Origin: Armatimonadota bacterium
GTDB lineage: Bacteria; Sysuimicrobiota; Sysuimicrobiia; Sysuimicrobiales; Humicultoraceae
DNA: 32,116 nucleotides
Reading direction: 5' to 3'
NCBI GenBank assembly: GCA_037443365.1
Contig: JBBIOM010000022.1
Coordinates: forward strand, 1-32,116
In this document: positions 26,358 through 32,116 of the stretch, piece by piece
Position numbering within the stretch: position 1 is the stretch's first letter
Layout of the letters: each line of letters starts with the position of its first letter
Position numbers and translations under genes: made by a program
The notes under the pieces: generated by a model
Seen by the model: the letters and a program-made list of their open reading frames with translations, nothing else
Told to the model about the DNA's origin: nothing
The model's database searches: none

Positions 26358-27876
26358 GCTTGCCGCTGTCCTGAGCGCGACTATTGTGGGCCTTGATGCC
26401 CTGCCCGTCTCGGTGGAGGTGGACGTCGGGCCGGGCCTGCCGACCTTTAGTATCGTGGGCCTGCCCGATGCCGCGGTGCAGGAAGCCCGGGAGCGGGTGA
26501 GGTCGGCCATTCGCAACTCGCGCTACGAGATCCCTCCGCGGCGCACCATAGTCAACCTGGCGCCGGGAGACAGGCGCAAGGAGGGTCCGGCCCTCGACCT
26601 CCCGATCGCCCTGGGCGTGCTGGTCGCCACAGGGCAGCTGGCCCAAAGTGCGGTCTGTGGGCACCTGGCTGTGGGTGAACTGGGGCTCGACGGCTCGGTG
26701 CGGCCGGTTCCCGGGGTACTGGCTGTGGCGCAGGCGGCCCGCGCGCTTCGCGCGCGCGCCCTGCTGGTGCCTGAGGCCAACGCCGCGGAAGCGGCCGCCA
26801 GTGAGGAGGTAGGGGTCTATGCTGTCCCAACACTGCGGGCAGCGGTGCAGCACCTCGAGGGGACGCGTCCCATCCGCGCGACCGACCGAACAGGGCTCGA
26901 TCCCCCACCGCAAGAGGCGGCATCGGAGGACCTCGCCGAGGTGCGCGGTCAGGGCGCGGCGCGCCGGGCCCTGGAGATCGCGGCCGCGGGCGGGCACAAC
27001 CTCCTGCTCATCGGGCCGCCCGGCGTTGGCAAGACCATGTTGGCGCGCCGGCTGCCGACGATCCTTCCCCGGCTTTCCGGCGCAGAGGCCGTAGAGGTGA
27101 CCAAGATCTACAGCGTCGCAGGGCTGCTGCCTGCCTGGCGCGGCCTGATCACGCGCCGCCCTTTCAGGGCCCCGCACCACGCCGCCAGTGCGGCAGCGAT
27201 CATGGGCGGGGGGCTGGGCCCTCGGCCGGGCGAGATCACGCTTGCGCACCACGGCGTGCTGTTCCTGGACGAGCTGCCGGAATTCCGGGCCGACGTGCTC
27301 GAGGGGCTGCGCCAGCCGATGGAGGACGGGGTCGTGGTCGTGGCCCGCGCGCACGGGACCGTGCGGTTCCCAGCGCGCTTCTCGCTCGTCGCGGCCATGA
27401 ACCCGTGTCCGTGCGGCTACCGCGGCGATTGCCGGCGCGACTGCACGTGCACAGAGGGTCGGTTGGCGCAGTATCTGGCCCGGCTGTCCGGTCCCCTCCT
27501 GGACCGGATAGATCTCCAAGTCGAGGTGCCGCGGTCCCCGGGGGATGAGCTGCTCTGCGGCGCCGCCGGCGAGCCGTCATGCGCCGTGCGCGCGCGTGTG
27601 GCCGCCGCGCGCATGCGGGCCGCCTCACGCGCCGCGGTCTGCCAGGGCGCGGGCCTGCGCGGGCCTGCACGATGGGGTCCGGTAGGCGCCGAGGCGCTGG
27701 CCTTCATGCGTTCCGCCGCGGATCGTCTTGTGCTGGGCGCACGGGCCATGGAGCGGGTCCTGTGCGTGGCGCGTACCATCGCGGACCTGGAAGTCGCGGA
27801 GGCAGTGGCGGTGCAGCACGTCGCAGAGGCCCTCCGGTACCGCGTGCTCGATCGGTGGGCGCCGCGGGCTCCTTGA
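26356..27876 (+). CDS. comM: YifB/ComM Mg-chelatase-like AAA+ ATPase
   Basis: IVGLPDAAVQEARERVRSA, NLAP, GELGLDG, Walker A GPPGVGKT, PFRAPHH, GVLFLDELPEF, AMNPCPCG, SGPLLDRID, ARTIADL. Confidence 0.94.
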   Translation: MLAAVLSATIVGLDALPVSVEVDVGPGLPTFSIVGLPDAAVQEARERVRSAIRNSRYEIPPRRTIVNLAPGDRRKEGPALDLPIALGVLVATGQLAQSAVCGHLAVGELGLDGSVRPVPGVLAVAQAARALRARALLVPEANAAEAAASEEVGVYAVPTLRAAVQHLEGTRPIRATDRTGLDPPPQEAASEDLAEVRGQGAARRALEIAAAGGHNLLLIGPPGVGKTMLARRLPTILPRLSGAEAVEVTKIYSVAGLLPAWRGLITRRPFRAPHHAASAAAIMGGGLGPRPGEITLAHHGVLFLDELPEFRADVLEGLRQPMEDGVVVVARAHGTVRFPARFSLVAAMNPCPCGYRGDCRRDCTCTEGRLAQYLARLSGPLLDRIDLQVEVPRSPGDELLCGAAGEPSCAVRARVAAARMRAASRAAVCQGAGLRGPARWGPVGAEALAFMRSAADRLVLGARAMERVLCVARTIADLEVAEAVAVQHVAEALRYRVLDRWAPRAP

Positions 27877-27897
27877 CATCCCGTGCTACCGTATAGG

Positions 27898-29049
27898 ATG
27901 GGTTTTGGGGTTGCGCGGTCCGAGGCGCCCGACCCTCCGTCAGCGGACGAGGTCGCGGCCTGGGTTGGCCTAAGCCGCCTGCCGGGTGTGGGGCCCAGGA
28001 CGATCGCGGCATGGGTGGAGCGGTCCGGATCGGCACGCGCGGTCTGGGCGCGCCTGCCCGCCCTGGTGGCAGGGAGGGCTGATGGCGCAGAGATCCTGAC
28101 CGCCTGGAGGCAGACCGACCCGGCCGCGATCAAGGCGGGCGCCCGCGCGCTGGGGCTCGAGGTTCTCGCGGTCTGCGAGCCCGGGTATCCGGCGCTCCTG
28201 CGCGCGGTCTGTGATCCGCCCGCGGTGCTCTACGCGCGCGGCAGCCTGGCCGAGGCGCCCTCGGTCGCGGTGGTGGGATCGCGCCGCGCCACACCGTACG
28301 GGCTGGCCGCGGCCGAACGGTTGGCGTTCGATCTGGCAGGGGAGGGTGTGACGATCATAAGCGGTCTGGCCCGCGGCATCGACAGCGCCGCGCACAGGGG
28401 CGCCCTGGATGGTGGGGGGCGGACGGTCGCCGTGTTGGGTTGCGGCGCGGACGTCATCTACCCTCCGGAGCATCGCCGGCTGGCCGATGCCATTGCAGCG
28501 CAGGGCGCGCTCGTAAGCGAGTTCCCACCCGGGACACCCCCGCTGCCCGGGCACTTCCCGCGGCGCAACCGCATCATAAGCGGCCTGGCGCTGGGTGTGG
28601 TGGTGGTCGAGGGCTCGGGGGACAGCGGCGCCCTGATGACCGCCGACTACGCCCTGGACCAGGGCCGGGAGGTCTTCGCGGTGCCCGGCAGCATCTTCAG
28701 TCCGCGCAGCCGCGCGCCGCATCTCCTGCTGCGCCAGGGCGCACGCCTGGTGGAGGAGGCCGGCGACATCGTGGCGGAGCTGGGGTTGGGGTCCTTGGGG
28801 CGGACCAGGCACGAAGAGGCAGGAGCGACAACAGCAGCCGGACAAGGCTCCGACACTGGGCCCCAGGAGGGGGAACAGGGGGCAGGCCGCCTCCTGGCGC
28901 TGCTGGAAGGCGGCCCGATGCCCCTTGACGATCTGGCAGAGCAGGCTTCACTCTCGGCGGCCGCGGTGGGCGCGCTGGTGACCGTGTTGGAGATGCGGGG
29001 CCTTGTGCGCATCCTTCCGGGGCAGATGGTGATGCGGAGGCCAGGATGA
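27898..29049 (+). CDS. dprA: DNA-processing protein DprA (start 27898 or 27883)
   Basis: YPALL..DPP..LY, VVGSR, IISGLARGIDSAAH, AVLGCG, SEFPPG, FPRRNRIISGL, SGALMTA, GREVFAVPG, C-terminal winged helix. Confidence 0.95.
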   Translation: MGFGVARSEAPDPPSADEVAAWVGLSRLPGVGPRTIAAWVERSGSARAVWARLPALVAGRADGAEILTAWRQTDPAAIKAGARALGLEVLAVCEPGYPALLRAVCDPPAVLYARGSLAEAPSVAVVGSRRATPYGLAAAERLAFDLAGEGVTIISGLARGIDSAAHRGALDGGGRTVAVLGCGADVIYPPEHRRLADAIAAQGALVSEFPPGTPPLPGHFPRRNRIISGLALGVVVVEGSGDSGALMTADYALDQGREVFAVPGSIFSPRSRAPHLLLRQGARLVEEAGDIVAELGLGSLGRTRHEEAGATTAAGQGSDTGPQEGEQGAGRLLALLEGGPMPLDDLAEQASLSAAAVGALVTVLEMRGLVRILPGQMVMRRPG

Positions 29050-31235
29050 GTCCTGCGCGAGCCCTTGTCGTTGTCGAGTCGCCCACCAAGGCACGCACGC
29101 TGGGCAAGATGTTGGCGCGCTCCCATCAGGTTAGGGCATCTATGGGGCACGTAAAGGATCTGCCCAAGAGCCGGCTCGGCGTGGACGTGGAAGACAACTT
29201 CGCGCCGAGGTACATCCTAATCAAGGGCAAGGGACCAATAGTCCGCGAACTGAAGGAGGCCGCCCGGAAGGCCTCTATGGTCTACATGGCGACCGACCCG
29301 GATCGCGAGGGCGAGGCGATATCCTGGCACCTCTCGGAGGTCCTGCGCCCTGTCAATCCGGCGATCCAGCGCATCGAGTTCCACGAGGTGACAAGAGAGG
29401 CGGTCCGACACGCACTCGCGCACCCGCGCGAGATGAACAAGCAGCTGGTGGATGCCCAGCAGGCCCGTCGCGTCCTCGACCGGCTCGTCGGCTACAAGTT
29501 GAGCCCGCTCCTCTGGCGCAAGATACGTGGCGGGCTGAGCGCTGGCCGTGTGCAGTCGGTCGCCGTGCGGCTGATCGTCGACCGCGAGCGCGAGATCGAG
29601 GCGTTTGTTCCCGTGGAGTACTGGTCCCTGGAGGGCACATTCCGCACCGGCTCCGGCCAGGCGTTCCAGGCGCGCCTGATCGCAAGGGACGGGGAGCGGA
29701 TCGGCACACCGCTGGACGCGGGCGCCGCGTTCGTGAGAACCGAGGCAGAAGCGCGCGCGCTGGCAGCCGAGATCGAGGGTGCATCGTACGTGGTCGGCGA
29801 GCTCCGGCGGAGGGACCAGGTGCGCAACCCCGCTCCGCCGTTTACAACCAGCACGCTGCAGCAGGAGGCCAATCGGCGGTTCGGGTTCTCGGCCTCGCGC
29901 ACGATGTCGGTGGCGCAGCAACTCTACGAGGGGCTGGATGTGGGCGCCGAGGGCACGGTCGGGCTGATCACCTACATGCGCACGGACTCGGTGCGAGTGG
30001 CGGAGGGGGCAGGGCACGAGGCGCGCGACTACGTCGAGCGCGCGTTCGGGAAAGCGTATCTCCCGGAACGTCCCCGGCGCTACCGCTCGCGCCGCGGTGC
30101 CCAGGATGCGCACGAGGCGATCAGGCCCACGAGCCTGGCGCGGACGCCAGACCGCCTCAAGCCCCATCTGAGATCGGACCAGTTCCGTTTGTACAGGCTG
30201 ATATGGGAGAGATTCCTGGCCAGCCAGATGGCATCCGCGGTGCTCGATACGCTCTCGGTGGATGTGACCGGTGGCCGGTTCACCTTCCGCGCCACGGGCA
30301 GCCGGATCAAGTTCCCCGGATATCTCATCTTGTACCGCGAGACCGAAGACAATGGCGGCGAGGAGCGAGAGGGCTGGCTGCCGCCGCTCGCCCCAGGCGA
30401 CCCCTTGATCCTCGACGGGGTGGCCGCGGAGGGGCACTTCACGCAGCCGCCGCCCCGCTACACCGAGGCCTCACTGGTGCGGGCGCTCGAGGAGAAGGGG
30501 ATCGGCCGGCCCAGCACCTATGCGCCGACCATCGAGACCATCAAGAAGCGCGGATATGTGGCTTTGCGAGAGCGCCGCCTCGTCCCCACCGAGGTCGGAG
30601 GGATGGTCACCGACATCCTGGTGGAGCACTTTCCACAGATCGTGGACGTGGACTTCACCGCCGGCCTCGAGAGCGACCTGGATCGCATCGAAGAAGGCCA
30701 GGCCGACTGGGTGCAGATCGTGAACGAATTCTACGTGCCCTTTGAGCAGACGCTGCAGCGCGCCGAGGCCAGGATCCCGGTGGTCGAGGTGCCCGAGGTG
30801 GAGATCGGCGAGGCCTGCCCGCACTGCGCGCGGCCGCTGGTGCGCAAGCACGGCCGGTTCGGAGAGTTCATCGCGTGCTCAGGCTATCCCGAGTGCCGGT
30901 ACACACGGCCGGTGGGCATCGGCGTGGCATGCCCGAAGTGCGGGGCCGAGGTAGTGGCGCGCCGCACCCGGCGTGGCCGGACCTTCTACGGCTGCAGCGC
31001 CTATCCGGCGTGCTCGTTCACGTCATGGGACCGTCCTGGCGACCACCCGTGCCCGCGGTGCGGCGGGATGACGGTCGTGAAGCGCGCGCGGGGGGCGGAT
31101 GAGGTGCGCTGCACGAGCAAGGCGTGCCGCTACAAGGCCGCGCTGCGCGAGGCTCCCCGCAAGGACGAGCGGGGCGCAGTTCCAACGCCACGAGAAGCAG
31201 AGGCCGCGGCAGGGCATGGGCAGGACGGCGTCTGA
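29046..31235 (+). CDS. topA: DNA topoisomerase I
   Basis: VVESPTKA, ATDPDREGEAI, SAGRVQS, LITYMRTDS (catalytic Tyr), AQDAHEAIRPT, GIGRPSTY, three C-terminal Cys4 zinc ribbons. Confidence 0.98.
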   Translation: MSPARALVVVESPTKARTLGKMLARSHQVRASMGHVKDLPKSRLGVDVEDNFAPRYILIKGKGPIVRELKEAARKASMVYMATDPDREGEAISWHLSEVLRPVNPAIQRIEFHEVTREAVRHALAHPREMNKQLVDAQQARRVLDRLVGYKLSPLLWRKIRGGLSAGRVQSVAVRLIVDREREIEAFVPVEYWSLEGTFRTGSGQAFQARLIARDGERIGTPLDAGAAFVRTEAEARALAAEIEGASYVVGELRRRDQVRNPAPPFTTSTLQQEANRRFGFSASRTMSVAQQLYEGLDVGAEGTVGLITYMRTDSVRVAEGAGHEARDYVERAFGKAYLPERPRRYRSRRGAQDAHEAIRPTSLARTPDRLKPHLRSDQFRLYRLIWERFLASQMASAVLDTLSVDVTGGRFTFRATGSRIKFPGYLILYRETEDNGGEEREGWLPPLAPGDPLILDGVAAEGHFTQPPPRYTEASLVRALEEKGIGRPSTYAPTIETIKKRGYVALRERRLVPTEVGGMVTDILVEHFPQIVDVDFTAGLESDLDRIEEGQADWVQIVNEFYVPFEQTLQRAEARIPVVEVPEVEIGEACPHCARPLVRKHGRFGEFIACSGYPECRYTRPVGIGVACPKCGAEVVARRTRRGRTFYGCSAYPACSFTSWDRPGDHPCPRCGGMTVVKRARGADEVRCTSKACRYKAALREAPRKDERGAVPTPREAEAAAGHGQDGV

Positions 31236-32106
31236 CCGCGAGGTGCGCGCCTTCCTGGAGGAGCTGGAGGCCGAGCAGGCCGCCTCGCCACACACACGCG
31301 CGGCCTACGGCCGCGACCTCGACGCCTTCTGGAACTTCCTGCAGGGCGAGGGCATAGCCGGGTGGGCACAGGTAACGCCGGGCGTGGCGCGCCGCTATGC
31401 CGCTGTGCTGCACCGGCGCTACTCGAGGGCCTCGGTGGCCCGTCACCTCTCGACCCTGCGCTCGTTCTACCGGTTCCTGCGCCGCAGGGGCCGAGTCCAG
31501 ACCAGCCCTCTTCGACTGACGACGGCGCCCCGGGGCCGGCGCCGGCTCCCCTCCGCGCTCACGCACGAAGCGATCGCGGCGCTGCTTGCGGCCCCTCCGC
31601 CGGATTCGCCTACCGGCCTGCGCGACCGCGCCATACTCGAGCTCCTCTACGCCGGGGGGGTTCGCGTCGGCGAGCTCGTCGGCATCCGGTGCGCTCAGCT
31701 GGCGGGCGACGAGATACGCGTGCGCGGCAAGGGAAGCAAGGAACGCATAGTGCTGGTTGGCGCGAAGGCGGCCGCGGCTCTGGAGCGCTACCTTTCCAGC
31801 GGCAGGCCACGCCTGGCGCGGGGAGAGACCGACGCGCTGTTCCTGAGCGCCCGCGGAAGGCCGATCTCCACGAGGGCGGTGCAGCTCATCGTGCGGCGCT
31901 GGGTCGAGGCCGCGGCTATCGCGCAGCGCGTGAGCCCGCACGTCATCCGCCACACGTTCGCCACGCACCTGCTCGACGGCGGCGCCGATCTGCGCGTCGT
32001 CCAGGAGCTGCTAGGGCACGCCAGCCTCTCCACCACGCAGATCTACACGCACGTCTCGCGCGACCATCTCAAGCGCATCTACGCCGCGGCGCACCCAAGG
32101 GCATAG
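31216..32106 (+). CDS. xerC: Chromosomal tyrosine recombinase, XerC-like
   Basis: Catalytic residues in RDRAILELLYAGGVRVGE, GKGSKER, HVIRHTFATHLL, LGH, TQIYTH; follows topA; start position approximate. Confidence 0.88.
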   Translation: MGRTASDREVRAFLEELEAEQAASPHTRAAYGRDLDAFWNFLQGEGIAGWAQVTPGVARRYAAVLHRRYSRASVARHLSTLRSFYRFLRRRGRVQTSPLRLTTAPRGRRRLPSALTHEAIAALLAAPPPDSPTGLRDRAILELLYAGGVRVGELVGIRCAQLAGDEIRVRGKGSKERIVLVGAKAAAALERYLSSGRPRLARGETDALFLSARGRPISTRAVQLIVRRWVEAAAIAQRVSPHVIRHTFATHLLDGGADLRVVQELLGHASLSTTQIYTHVSRDHLKRIYAAAHPRA

Positions 32107-32116
32107 CGAACCGGGG

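Noticed and set aside
31216-32106. Tyrosine recombinase as a mobile-element integrase
   Set aside because: Size, motifs and the dprA-topA-xerC context indicate the housekeeping Xer recombinase.

Overview
Very GC-rich bacterial chromosomal segment with Firmicute-like gene order; the lineage cannot be assigned from sequence alone. The + strand carries a conserved housekeeping run: 3' part of tRNA-Pro(CGG), a GT4 glycosyltransferase, smc, ftsY, an in-frame YlxM-RsmC/YbxB methyltransferase fusion, ffh, rpsP, khpA, ylqD, rimM, trmD, rplS, lepB, rnhB, yraN, and later comM/yifB, dprA, topA, xerC. Between yraN and comM lies a ~13.7 kb block with two parts. One is a translationally coupled ten-gene minus-strand heme operon (regulator-hemC-hemD-hemB-hemA-hemL-radical SAM-hemE-hemH-hemY). 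The other is a divergent TAXI-TRAP transporter. The best candidate for an undescribed system is the operon's lead gene, a BldC-like HTH fused to a probable globin-like helical domain, whose sigma70-type promoter is overlapped by four 10-bp-phased direct repeats. The operon encodes a coproporphyrin-type pathway with no hemQ/chdC, but with an AhbD-like radical SAM protein lacking part of its SPASM cysteines. The second highlight is the YlxM-methyltransferase fusion preceded by a perfect CTGTCAAG-N8-CTTGACAG palindrome. No CRISPR array, IS element or prophage was seen. All family assignments come from motif recognition; no database searches were run.
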